The notes under the pieces: generated by a model
Told to the model about the DNA's origin: nothing
The model's database searches: none
The model's input: the letters and a program-made list of their open reading frames with translations, nothing else
Shown here: in pieces, positions 9,668-24,503 of the stretch
Numbering within the stretch: position 1 is the stretch's first letter
Layout: every line of letters begins with the position of its first letter
Position numbers and translations under genes: made by a program
Assembly: GCA_010909165.1 (NCBI GenBank)
Contig: MU008175.1
Location: 735,370-799,369, forward strand
Direction: 5' to 3'
Length of the DNA stretch: 64,000 bases
Origin: Anthoceros angustus
Taxonomy: Eukaryota; Plantae; Anthocerotophyta

Positions 9668-12600
9668 AAATGCTTAGATCCTTGATCATATACTAACATG
9701 CTTGTGATATTGTCTAGTCGGTAAAATCAGAATTTTGCACATCATTCATAGTTCATAAATATGAAATCTGGATTGTGTGCAATATTCATCTCTTACTGCC
9801 TAAGCATTACACAAGTAGTGTAGGGAAATCTTTAGTGATCAGGAAGCATAATCTAGCAGTTATGCCCTCTGTAGTTTATTTCCTATGGCTAGCATGCTTT
9901 ACAAAAATCCGTTGCATAAATTCTAAATGAGCGGAGAAGTTTTTAAAGGCAAAAATGCCTCGTCGCAATCCTAACAGACGCGCTGCTTTCCTCAGAAGCA
10001 CTCGACAAAGGAACGCGGAACAGTGGGTGTGAAACTTTTGCACAGTTTCGAGACCTACAAATTTCTGTGGAAGAACAACACGTTTGGATTCTCGGATCAT
10101 TAGACAAATGGAGCAATTTCCTCTTCGTCGTGCAAGTATCCACCATCGCCAGGCTTGTGACGGCTATCCGACTCAACGTACAAGGAGCGGTTTATCGAGT
10201 GACATTCAGCTTCTTCCCGACCAAACTACATAGAAGATCCCGACTGAATTGACGGTAATCAATATTGTGCCTTTGCGAAATTAAGCACTTGGAGGCACAA
10301 GTCCGCGAACTCACCGATCGGCATAAGAAACTGTCTTTTCTACTGGAGAAGAAATTGATTTCACTACTCGATAGCGTGGTATCGGTGCGCGAGATCCTCA
10401 GACAAGATTGTGCTAACACCCCGTATCGAAATTCGAGATCCACCATTATGTGATCTCATCGTAGGCTCGGTGCAATCCCAGCCTGCGGGGAGCAATCTCC
10501 AAAGGTCAGATTGCAAGCGGCGCCAGCAACCATACCTGCGATGCCAGTAGGGACTTTCTGGAAGGACGTGACCAATCGTCATACCTGTTCCAATCAAAGT
10601 GGGATTGCAAGCGACGCCAAGCAAAGAGCTTCTGGGAGGACGTGATACCTGTCCTTACCAGTAACCGTCATGTCTCGTGACTCGCGACTCCTTGCGACTT
10701 CCACAACTCTTCACAACAAGGGGATCCCATGGCCAACTCTCTTCTCCCAGCGTTTTCTGACAATTTCATCAATTTACCTCAGGAACGCTAGATGCGATGA
10801 GTTCTGCAGGTATCCTCTTTGGCCAGGGAGCTGGGGGCTCAATGGCAAGCACCAGCAGTACCACTACTGCAGCCTCGGGTGCTGGTGGCCCTGCGATCGG
10901 CGGTGACGGCGCTGGTGGGCTCGCTGCAAGCCTCTATGGACTTGGAGGCGCATGGGGTGGCGGGTTGGGCGGAAACAATCCTCCTCCCCCACCTCTCCAC
11001 CCACTGCCGCCTCCTAATCCAGCATTCCCGCTTTTGAACCGACCACTACTTCCTACTCACGCTTACCAACCTGCTTACACAATTGAATTTAAGGAACGTG
11101 ATACATTCAATGGCAATAAGGTACCCGGTGTGGAGTGTGCGGATGCATGCTGCTCTTGAAGCCAGGCACGTCTGGAGCGTGGTGACTGGACAGTATTCTG
11201 AAACTGCATCAAATGCCATGCAAGATGATAAGGACAAGTGGGCAAATGCAAATAATGTTGCGTGTGCTCTGCTCATTAGTAGATTAGATGAGGTTCTCGT
11301 TCCAGATATAGCTTACCTGCTAAAGGCTGAAGACGTCTGGAGACAGCTATCACAGGCCTATGACGTTAGGAACATCATAACACTCTGCGCGGTTCGAAGT
11401 GAACTCTTCTCTCTTAGGATGCGAGAGGGTGAAATGGCGGTTGCCTTCACTGCAAAATTTAGACACTTGAGATCACAGCTTATCTCACTTGGTTCTCAAA
11501 TGTCTGAACTTGACGCAGCTTGCCCGCCATTTACTAGTCTTCCTCCCGCCATCGCCCTTTCGCTTCTGGGGCCACGAGTGCCTCCGGGCCGAGAAGACTG
11601 CAGCTGCAAGCAAACCACCACATATAACTTTTACAGATGTCATTGGTGCCCTCTTCCAGGAGGAACAAAGCAGGAGTTCCCATACACCTGGAAGAACAAA
11701 AGCTGACAAGGTGCTATACGCATTTAAGAGCAAATTTCAAGGGAAAGCAAAGAACTCATCTGGTGTTGGAGTATCCAAGCCAGGGCAAGGTAAAAGGTCT
11801 GGAGCCTGCAATTGGTGTGGGGCTCCAGGGCATTGGGAACGCGAATGTAGAAAGAAGAAATCTGGAGAACCGAGGAAGGCCGAGAAGACCCACAGAGTGG
11901 TTGAGGCACGCTCAGTTTCCAAGGACAGGTCTTCACAGGCCTCCTCTTCCAGCAAGCAGCCAGTGGTGATGACCGTCTGCCATTCTACTATAGTCTGTGA
12001 TCCAGACTCTTGGTATTTGGATTCGGGTGCCACATCCCATATATGCCACAATCGCCACTTGCTTAGTGATTTCACTCCAACATGTACTAACGAGAAGGTT
12101 CTGTTGGGAGATGAGCTTACCCGTACAGGCCTGAAAATCCTTGGAATAGGACCGTGCACTTTCCGACTTGACGATGGCTCCGCCTTTCGGCTGGACAACG
12201 TTCTGTACATTCCCAGCATGGCCAAGCATTTGCTCTCGGTTAGTCAGTTGATGAAGCTTCAGCAGTATGATCTCTCTTTCACAACTGCTGGTTGTCTTCT
12301 ATCACACAAAGGTACCCATGATCCTGTTGCCCGAGGCCTTCTGGTTCATGACCTGTACAGGCTGGACATATGCTGTCAGCCTGCTAAGAGTGTTTTTGTG
12401 GTTGAAAAGACACAATCGACTTTAGCATAGTTATGGCACGCTCGTTTGGGACATGCCAATATAGATAAGCTCATCAAGATGTCTAACTTGGAGTGTTGCC
12501 GAGAGCCATTGCCAAAGTGTTTTAAGGAACTTCCCTTATGTGATTCCTGTATCATTGCCAAGTAGAAGGAGATTCCCTTCCCGTCTGTCGTTGCTCACCG

Positions 12601-12691
12601 TACCTCAAATGTCCTGGACCTGGTACACACTGAAATATCAGGAAAAATACATGTTCCTTCCTTGGGAGGATCCAACTATTATCTGACACTT

Positions 12692-14914
12692 AACACGATA
12701 TCTTTCGAAGGGGGTGAATATCCGAACCCCCTTCTGTGACATGGAAACCCTCTTAGCACATTCCACACAGTCCCGAAATATGCGTTTTGCCCCGTTTTCA
12801 AGAAAGGTCGACCGTTTTCCAACGAGTAGTAATCATCAAAACCTGTTTCCAACACAAAGACAATATAAGGCGGCGCCGCCCGCTTTGTTTTTGAGGAAGA
12901 GGGAAAATGAGATCATCAATTGCCTCACTACAACGGGTCCAAAAGTTATTACGAACACGAGAAGAAGCACATCTAGGTGCCTACGTAACCGTAAACCTAC
13001 TCTCTATGACTAACTTGTGACTCATCGGTGCTAGAGCGGACTCAATCCATCACGATGACCAAATTTCGAATCCGCCTCAGCCCTGCTCATCAAAGCTATC
13101 GCTCGCCCAAAGCCCTTGAGTCTGCCTCCCTCCCGCTTTGGTCTTCACCGACGAGCATTCAAAGAAACCACCGCGCTTTCAAAGAGTCCTTCTCATTGAT
13201 ACACACCTCCTTTGCCTGCACTGCGCAAGCCCCCGCTGGGCCTCTAATGTCAATTCTTCACAAGATCCGCAAAACCTCATACCCATGGATCCGTTGTGGA
13301 ATATATCTTGCACACCTCAAGTCAGCCTCAATAGAGGGGCATGCTAGCGCCCTTAAATGGCCGTGCCCATGCGCCCATAAAATCAAGAAGAAGTTTTTCA
13401 TGACTCTACAGGTTTCGAACCCATGACCTACATGGGTACATATTGTTTCAAACCACTTGAGTAACTATCCTAGGTTGAAATATACTGGAAGCACTAATTA
13501 TTTATTTTATCAATGGCAGCCCATGTACAAGGCTTGGGGCGCCGGCCGGCCGGCGCCCATGTACAAGGCTTGTTGGGGAAGGGCCGGCCCATGTACAAGG
13601 CTTGTTGGGGAAGGCGCCGGCCGCTCTTTATGGATGTGTATATTGAAACTCCTCTCATGCCATGGTTGCACACATTTTCAAAAACACCTATGGACCTATT
13701 TTCATTCATTCATTCACTGCATTATGTGCACTTCGTTCTCAAGAATATATGGGCATGTTCAGTACCGCCAAAACGTGAAGCATAGCATTACTTTGAGACT
13801 GTCAGAGAAATAGACCGTGTAAGTAGAGGTTTTGTTCACCAAACGGTCATCCTCTATTATGAGTTCAACTTGGCGGAAACATTTGTACTGTGGATAAGAA
13901 GGCAATCAAGAATAACTTAATTGAATTGCGAGGCTTTATTCAACCAGCGAGTCAAAGTGCCACCGAGGATAGTGAAGATGATGGTCATGATGTCGTGCCC
14001 AACGAAGATGATGGCGGAGTCCGCGAAGAGTAGGAAACCCTCGAATGTTAGGTCATCTTCAACGGGCAATTGGTGAGGTTATGCGTGAAGCTCAATTCGT
14101 AGTTTGGAGTGCACATTCCAAGCGCAGACATATTTCGAAAAGAGTCTAGGCCCATGATAGGAATTTGGTTGTGGCTGTTCTCATGCCGTTGTAGACTTCC
14201 CATGCTTAATAACTTCCAATGTTCAAGCCTTTTTCCATTACATGCGGAAGGACATGTGGGAGTGTGGTGGTAGTTGCGCTCGGCATTGCGGCATACTAAC
14301 AGCAACACACGATGAGCCATGCGGCATGTTTTTCAGTGCGATATGTTGGCGGGAACCAGTTGCCCCACACTTTTCTTCATTCATCGATTGCAGTCTGTGG
14401 GACTGAACCATGTGATTATATTTGCGGGCACAATTGAGGGTGTGCAGAAGCCACCCACCCACCCCACACCCCAAAGTCTTTTGTACACACATCCCGCTAT
14501 GGGCTGCTACTCTCGCCTTTGAGGCATCATCGCAATGCCAGAGTGGCGCGGCCGGCGCCTACTCCTCGACATGCTTTGCTCCCCGCCATCGGTTCGCCTC
14601 ATCCAATTTTGATCACCGTGCTTTTTACGAATCTTTAGGGTTGTTGTGCGAGAAAGACCCGCAGGAGAGAATGGCCCTTGTCATGGGTCTTAAATGCACC
14701 CCAAATAGGGTTACCTCTTGCACCATAACCCCTTCACCGGCATGAAATGGACCTTGTATCACCGGGTTCATGGAATTTCCACCCTTCTTTTCGCCTTACA
14801 TTCATTCATACCTCAAAAACCACCAGTTCAAGACCCATGTCAAACCCCCTTCAGGAGATATATTTCAGAAAACCCCCTTCGTGAATATTCACCCCCTTCA
14901 CAAGATATCGTGTT
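12692..14914. mobile_element. Non-autonomous TIR DNA transposon (~2.2 kb) inserted into the copia integrase
   Basis: The left end AACACGATATCTTTCGAAGGGGGTGAATAT is the near-perfect reverse complement of the right end ATATTCACCCCCTTCACAAGATATCGTGTT. ACTT is duplicated on both sides (12688-12691, 14915-14918). Removing the element restores the integrase frame YYLTLADDYSR. No intact transposase is visible. Confidence 0.88.
13521..13625 (+). repeat. Short tandem repeat CCATGTACAAGGCTTG(T)TGGGG... (3 copies) inside the TIR element
   Basis: Three adjacent copies of CCATGTACAAGGCTTG, each followed by a GC-rich GCCGGCC segment. Confidence 0.85.
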
Positions 14915-17900
14915 ACTTGCGGACGACTATAGTAGGTAGTCTTGGACATTTCCTATAAAGCGGAAATCAGACACTTTTCTTGTCTTTCAAGAATGGCTTA
15001 CCATGGTACAACGGCAGACAGGTCGACTCCTTCGTTGCTTGAGATCTGACAACGGCACAGAATTTGTCAATCATATTTTGACGGTACAGCCGGATAATGG
15101 CATCATCATGACTTATTATTCCTTACACTCGGTGACAAAGCGGTGTTCTTTGAAGGCGAATGACTCTCCTTGGCATGACCAGCGGTATGCTTCAATGGTC
15201 AGGATTGGACAAGGCTTACTGGGCTGAAGCAGTCGTGACTGCAACCTACATCCTCAACCGTCTTCTTACAAGTGCTGTTGAGGGCCGCACTCCTTTCGAA
15301 GTTATCTGGCAACGTCGTCCTAGTCTTCTTCACTTGCGTGTTTTTGGTTCTCCGGCTTATGCATATATCCCTGCATAACAACGCAAGAAGCTTCAGGACA
15401 GAGCCCGTCCTCTTATCTTCGTGGGTTATGGAGAAGAAACCAAGGCTTACAAGCTTTATGATCCCTTCTCGAGGTCTTCCATATTTGCTCATAGTGTCAC
15501 ATTTAAGGAACTTGTGCAGCCTGCCCAGTCTCATTTTGCAGGCCCTCTTCCACCGGCCGCATCCACAGTTCCTCTTGACGATGACTTTGACACTGAAGCT
15601 TCTGAGTACCCACAAGACATCTCTGCTGCTTCAGGGGGTGTTCCTCACGTTGGTGGTCCCGCTTGTGGTTCAAGGGGTGGAATCTCGTCTAGTCAGCCTA
15701 TTCCATTAACACAAGTACAGCTGTTAGACACTGGTGATGAACCTCTTGCTGCTGTTGAAGTTGAGAATACATTGTCTGAGGAACCTGCTCTAGCTGACCT
15801 TGCTCCTATCATGGATGCTCCACTTGATGATGATGCTCCTGTCATAGAGGATTTACCTAAAGAGCCTGCCCCTGTTGTTGAGGAGCGTAGGTACCCTAAT
15901 CGAACTCGCAACCCTAGGGAACATTGGCATGAACAGCCCTATCAGCCTGTAGACTTTCGACTTCCCAAGTCTGCTAGGTTTGCAGCTTCCTCACCTGTCA
16001 CAGTAGCAACTGAACACCCAGCCGAACCCAAGACCTATCAAGAGGCCATTATTGGTAAGGACAAGAAACACTGGATCCTTCTATCCAAGATGAGTACAAT
16101 TCCCTCATGAAGAATGAGACTTGGGAATTGTGTCCTTTACCAGCTGGTCATAGAACCATTAGTTGCAAATGGGTCTTTAAGCATAAACTCAATGCAGAAG
16201 GACAAATTGCATATTATAAGTCTCGTCTTGTAGCACGTGGATTCTCACAAGTTGTTGGTGTTGATTTTAACGAGACCTTCAGTCCTGTAGTCAAAACACA
16301 GTCCATTAGAATTATCCTGGCTCTAGCTGCTGAACGAGACTGGGATTTAGAGCAGATGGACGTATCTACTGCTTTTCTCTTTGGGGACATGGAGGAGGAT
16401 ATATATATCGCACAGCCTGAGGGCTTTGTAGATTCTGAGCATCCTGACTGGGTATGCAAATTGAAGAAAACCCTATATGGGCTCAAACAAAGTGCTCGTG
16501 AATGGTACAAGTGCATCGACAAATACCTTAAGTCCATTGGTTTAGTGCAGAACCCTGCTGACGCCAATGTTTATATCTACACCAAAGGAGGCCATATTGT
16601 CATCTTGGCTTTATATGTCGATGACACCATCCTCGCATCAAACAACAGAGAGTTACTGGAGTGGGTCAAAGCAATGTTGCACAAGGAATACAATATGAAG
16701 GATATCGGGCAGCTTACATTTGTCTTGGGCATCCAGTTGCTTCGAGACAGAGCCAACCGAACTCTTGTACTTCACCAAACCAAGTATATCAATGAAACTC
16801 TACGTCGTTTCAACCTAGACCAAGCAAAACCAGTTAGTACCCCTGGCAGCATTGGAGTCAGGCTTACATCAGACCAGTCTCCACATTATGAACTTGAACA
16901 AGCAGCTATGGCAGACATCCCTTATCGTCATGTCAGGTCGCTTTGAACTACATCGATTCTTTGGACGGGCGGATATCCAACATCTTAGTTCGTATCTCGC
17001 CTAGATTATCCAGGGAAAGAACACTGGGGTGCAGTGAAGCGAATATTGCGTTATTCAAAAGGAACCTCCACCTATGGACTATGTTTCAGAGGCAATGGAT
17101 TGGATGTTACCTTAGTGGGCTATGCAGATGCAAACTGGGCCACTGATCATGAGAATCGCCGTAGTTTTCAAAGATATTGCTTCTTTTCTCGTATTAATCA
17201 AGTTAATCGGAGCTCAAAAGCGGTGTCAGTAGCCCTATCTTCTATTAAGGCCAAATACAAGGCTCTCACAGACTCAACAAAGGAGGCAGAGTGGGAAAGG
17301 ATTTTCCTTGCTGCCCTATCTTTTGAGCGACTGCACCCACCACCATATTTTGTGACAATCAATCGACCATAGCTCTTGTGGGAAACCCTCGCTTTCATGC
17401 CCGCACTAAACACGTAGAAATCCAGCACCATTTTGTGCGTCATTTTGTTGAGAGGAAGGTCATCAAAGTTGAGTACATATACCTACAGACTTGAATACTG
17501 TAGATCTACTCACTAAGACCCTGTCTATTGCTAAGCACAATTTCCACATGGAAGCTATGGGACTAGTCAACTACTTAGCTTTGCCCCCATCTCCATCTTC
17601 GGCAGCGCCATAATGATACCGTATTCAAGACACATTTTCACCACCATTCAAATTTTGAGTTAGTAGGTGTGACAAAAGCCACTAGGGGCAAACATGGTAT
17701 GGCAAGCTATGAAGCCACCGACATCTAAATGCCATCGTCATAATCCGGCAGACGAATTCTAGCCGCTCCTGCCAATCTCTCTTTCAACTGAGCTCGCTGC
17801 TTTGCTACTTTTGCTGCCTTGTTCCACTCCGCTGGCGGTTTTATGGCTATTGATAGAGCGACCTGGATTTCCCATCCTGCCAGACTGTATAATTGTTATG

Positions 17901-18078
17901 TTGCATATCTCGCCCGTGGTGTCGCATTGCTTGCTTGCTTGCCAAGATCTTCCGCTCCTTCCCAAGATTTGGTGAGAAGGAATGTGGCTATCACTAGCGC
18001 ACAGATTGACAGTGCCAAGTGTAACGTGCTCGTCATTCTCTCGATGCTTGCATTTGCCGTGTCGTGGTTAAGGGGTTG

Positions 18079-18278
18079 TGTTGAACCTGGTAGGGTTCCT
18101 CTTTAACCATGTCACTTGGGTAGTATAATTGTTATTAATTAAGTTATTAACCTAAGCCTAAAGTGAAACGCTTTACACCAGTTTTGTACTTAAACACTTC
18201 ATTCATTTGATTAATGTAATTGTATTGTCTTTAGACTAGGTGTCTTCCTTTTTGTTCTCCGCTCTAGAGTAGTTAATA
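18079..18278 (+). repeat. 3' LTR of the copia element
   Basis: TGTTGAACCTGGTAGGG...TAGTTAATA. It is preceded by the purine-rich AAGGGG and differs from the 5' LTR by scattered substitutions, including terminal CA to TA. Confidence 0.93.
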
Positions 18279-18329
18279 GTTGTTAATTGTTCCTGGAAGA
18301 ACGAGACATCGCTGGCCCTGTCCGGAACC

Positions 18330-18640
18330 CAAGCTCACTACAATGCACTCATGGTTGCCTGCAAAGAGTAAGAATGGGAATGGCAATTCTTGGACTCTAT
18401 TCATCTCTCAAAGCCTGATGAGGCTAAGGGGCTATGTGATAACATATCCACAATAGGATTAGTAGCTAACCCTAGATTTCATGCTCAAACAAAGCATATT
18501 GAGTTGTATCATTATTACCTTCCAAATGTTGCTGAGAGAGGAGCAGTAAAGGTGGAATATATCAATACAGAAGACAAACACAATTGATCTCTTTACTTAA
18601 GGGTTTTGCTAAAGTTGAAGCATTACTAACATATGGCTTT
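18330..18640 (+). mobile_element. Separate copia RNase H remnant
   Basis: LCDNISTIGLVANPRFHAQTKHIELYHYYL...VKVEYINTEDK is a copia RNase H signature lying outside the LTR pair. Confidence 0.8.
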
Positions 18641-18759
18641 CCTCCAGCTCAGACAATTTGTTCTTCCTGCACCTAGCAACTCTTAAGGAGCAGCAACTTG
18701 CCTGAATGGAAGAGGAAAGCCTTTCGGCCTTTTCAAGCATGACCAGTCATGTGAAGCCT

Positions 18760-18880
18760 ACTTCTGCAAGCAAGTCATGTGGAGCCTGCTTCTGCAAGCA
18801 GTCATGTGGAGCCTGCTTCTGCAAGCAGTCATGTGGAGCTTGCTTTTGTAAGCAGAAATATGGAGCCTCCTCCTGCAACC
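18760..18880 (+). repeat. 27-bp minisatellite (GCAAGCAGTCATGTGGAGCCTGCTTCT, ~4 copies)
   Basis: Directly visible tandem copies, with the last ones degenerate. Confidence 0.9.
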
Positions 18881-20007
18881 AGTTATCCCTTGGTGACTCG
18901 TGTCTTTCCAACCTGCAGGCATTTCATACACCACCATTATGTTCTCATGATAATATTGAATATTTGCAATTGAGCTTTATCCTTTGAATAGTTGCTGAGC
19001 CACTGGTTTTTGAGATGGTGTTTCTCGCGTGGGTGCGAGCAAATGCCACTGCTGTCCGGTGGCATTTCCTTGCACCCGTGCGAGAAACATCAATGTATAA
19101 CACAAAGGCCCGTCTAAAAGCTACCTGTTGTCCAGTAACTTTCAAATCGGCTTTCGCGATGCAATATAGTTCTTGTCGTTTTGTATCATTTTACTATAAG
19201 GTTATTATTTTGCTTTACCTCGGTCTACCACAAATTATAAGGTCCCTTAATTATTTGTATAATATGCAATTAAGGTTTAAGGTTATTTGTAAATTCGGTC
19301 CCAAAGGCACCTATTTCATTTTTCTCCACATCCTCCAACTTTGGTTTCCAATCGTGTTTCGCCGGATTTTTGCATGATTCACTTACTTTTTTTCCTTTAA
19401 AATCTTGTATTCATGCCATGCGTTTTCACTTTTCCTTTTTTTTGGTCAAGCCGTCGTCTTTTCAGCTCTTGTTTCACAACAAACCCTCAAAACAAGCCTT
19501 CGTCGTTTTAAAAAGTGCAAAAAATGCTCCATTTCGAGCTCATCTCTAAAAATAGGATCCTAACACTAAGCCATAGGAGACCTTGGTCGACATTGTTTAC
19601 CACCATGGCTGGAGTATGATATGAGGCGGTATCCGGCTTCCCACGAGAAGGAAAATAGCACTCAGAAATGTGCACCTAGAAACTAACGGAATAGCTGAAG
19701 AGCTAAAGACGGAACAACTGTGTATTTGTGGGGACAATGCCCTCTACTTTGTTGGAACTTCAATTTTCCTCGTTCCGGATCATGACAGTAAATTACACCT
19801 TTTAGCAATACTGATATAAGAGCAAGTAACATGTTCTTAGCTTGTCTACCTAATTACTTTTTGGCGAATAGCATCTGCAATGAAATAGCTGTATTATTGT
19901 GAGGGGTAAAACGATAGCAGCATCAAGAGAGAACATCGCATCCAACGCGCTCTGCGATATCACTGCATTGCCACGCAACCCACGTGATTCGAGTGGTGCA
20001 AGTTCAT

Positions 20008-20152
20008 AAGAATTTTTTGGCAGCTTGAGTGGCCAGGTTTGTGTGGACTCGTCACAAGAATTTTTTGGCAGCGTCAAGTGGCCCGGTTTGTGTGGATTTG
20101 TCATAAGAATTTTTTGGCAGCTTCTGTGGCCAGGTTTGTGTGGACTCGTCGG
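20008..20152 (+). repeat. ~48-bp tandem repeat (3 copies)
   Basis: AAGAATTTTTTGGCAGC...GTGGCC(A/C)GGTTTGTGTGGA(C/T)T(C/T)GTC occurs at ~20008, ~20057 and ~20105. Confidence 0.9.
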
Positions 20153-20469
20153 AAGATATAGGAAACGCTCCCCGCTAGGATCCTAGCTCAAATTCTGGAA
20201 AGGCACAGGTCGTGCAATTGAGCACAGGAAGGTGCATGCTCCCTAGACAGGAAGATAAAAGAACAAATCTATCACTGACGTACTCCTGGACATGCATGAT
20301 CCCATGCTCTTCCGACATGATCCGTGTGTATGAGAGTCTCATAAGATTTCCTTTGCATTTCCTGAGCTTCTCCACCCATCACAATGTGTTTCATGTGTGA
20401 ATGCATTTCCTGAGCTTCTCTACCATCACAATGTGTTTTATGTGTCAATGTTGAAGCCTGCAGTGGGAT

Positions 20470-21595
20470 ATGTGTAGTAGAAGAATGAAAAAGTCTATTA
20501 TGGTCCACTTGGACGGGCAAATTCCTGTCATGGCACTTGGTACTCAACAACTTTGCACCATGTTGTGTTGTGTCTGGCATCCACTCCCTCTAGGCACCCC
20601 ATTTAAGTACCGATCTAAGCGGACCGGCAGAATGCAGACATCGGTGTTGGCGAGGCGGTCGGCTCTTGGAACTCCAGCCCGATCGAACGCTCCTGCAGGG
20701 AGAGCAAGCAAAGGGCAATGTCGAGAATTCCCCGGACAGGAGCAGATTCCCGAATTCCCAAATTGCAAATTGCAAAATGGAGCCCCGCCTTCCAGCCCAA
20801 TCGGATGCAGATCCTGCCTTCCAACCTGCACCTATGTAATGTCGCAGCCACCGTGCAGGAAATGGTCACGATATGCAGACCCTGCCTTTTAGAACAAGAG
20901 CAATCCTGCCTTCCAGCCTGGTTGGATGCCCGCGATAGGAAAGGGAAGGGATCCCCGCAAAATCTGTGGCAGAATCGTGGCTTGTTCGCGGCTAGCCCCC
21001 AGATCAAAGCCCCTCCCGCAATGGCTAGCTTGCAGCCTGCACGGTTCGTCGCAACTCCCACCCACCGCGACTCTCACCCTACCTCCCGCAACACCTACAA
21101 GGACCTCATCTTCTATACGACAGAAACGAATAGGATTCAGCGATGGCTGAAGCCGATCCTGCTTGCCAGGATCGGCTCGCTGAGCCTTGGGAGCGCATCT
21201 ACAGCCCGGGCCTCGGCCGCTCTTGTGCAGTGTGCTCCTGAGCCCCGAGATCCTTTAGATGCACTGGCACAGGGCTTCACTCCAGCCTCCATGAGGAGGA
21301 GATGGATAGCGTGGGTCTGTAGTCTAAGTCTGGTCCCGTTCTGAACAAGCTGAAACGCCTGGGAAGGGAAGGGCAGGGGGAGGGAAGGGGATGAAACCCT
21401 GGAAGGCAAGCGCAGACCGAGGAAGTGTCTCCCGGAGAAATGATTGGGTTCGGTTCACAGCAATTGCTTGAAGCTTCCTTCCAATTCCATTTCGCGATGT
21501 GTACATAGTGTACGTACCAAGTCCCATGACAGGAAAATTCCATCCAAATTGGACTATAATAGACTTCTTCACCTTCTACATAGCCACCCACCTGC
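20470..21595. mobile_element. Non-autonomous element with long inverted ends (MULE/foldback-like), same family as 37435-38380
   Basis: The left end (AAGTCTATTATGGTCCACTTGGACGGGCAAATTCCTGTCATGGCACTTGGTAC) is an inverted match to 21505-21590 (GTACCAAGTCCCATGACAGGAAAATTCCATCCAAATTGGACTATAATAGACTT). The segment GCATCCACTCCC...AAGTACCGATCTAAGC is shared with ~37695-37739. No TSD was identified. Confidence 0.7.
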
Positions 21596-21751
21596 ATTTA
21601 AGCAAACTGGGCTGCATATCCCGAAGTGCTCGGGATTCGCATCTCTCCACCGCTGACAAGGAATCTTGTGCTACTGGGACTCACTCGCACCGATAATATA
21701 TGTGTTATATGGGTACGGTGAAATCAATTCTAAGTTCCAGGAGCTCGGGCG

Positions 21752-24503
<2,752 letters not shown>

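Larger units (their letters stand above)
10797..17560 (+). pseudogene. Disrupted copia gag-pol polyprotein
   Basis: Successive ORF fragments at 10797-11159, 11083-11706, 11489-12430, 15160-15378, 15421-16110, 16107-16946 and 17034-17372 are linked by frameshifts and stops. The integrase is split by the TIR insertion. Confidence 0.9.
9456..18278 (+). mobile_element. Full-length but decayed Ty1/copia LTR retrotransposon with a nested insertion
   Basis: Paired 200-bp LTRs, a tRNA-iMet PBS and a near-perfect 5-bp TSD (GCTGT 9451-9455, GTTGT 18279-18283). Domain order is gag, zinc knuckle (CNWCGAPGHWEREC), protease (WYLDSGATSHI), GAG-pre-integrase (WHARLGH), integrase, RT (16107-16946: YKSRLVARGFSQ, MDVSTAFL, LYVDD) and RNase H (GYADANWA, TKHVEIQHHF). 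Confidence 0.95.

Noticed and set aside
20008-20152. Regularly spaced repeats as a possible CRISPR array
   Set aside because: The units are contiguous with no unique spacers, the context is eukaryotic and there are no cas genes. It is a minisatellite.
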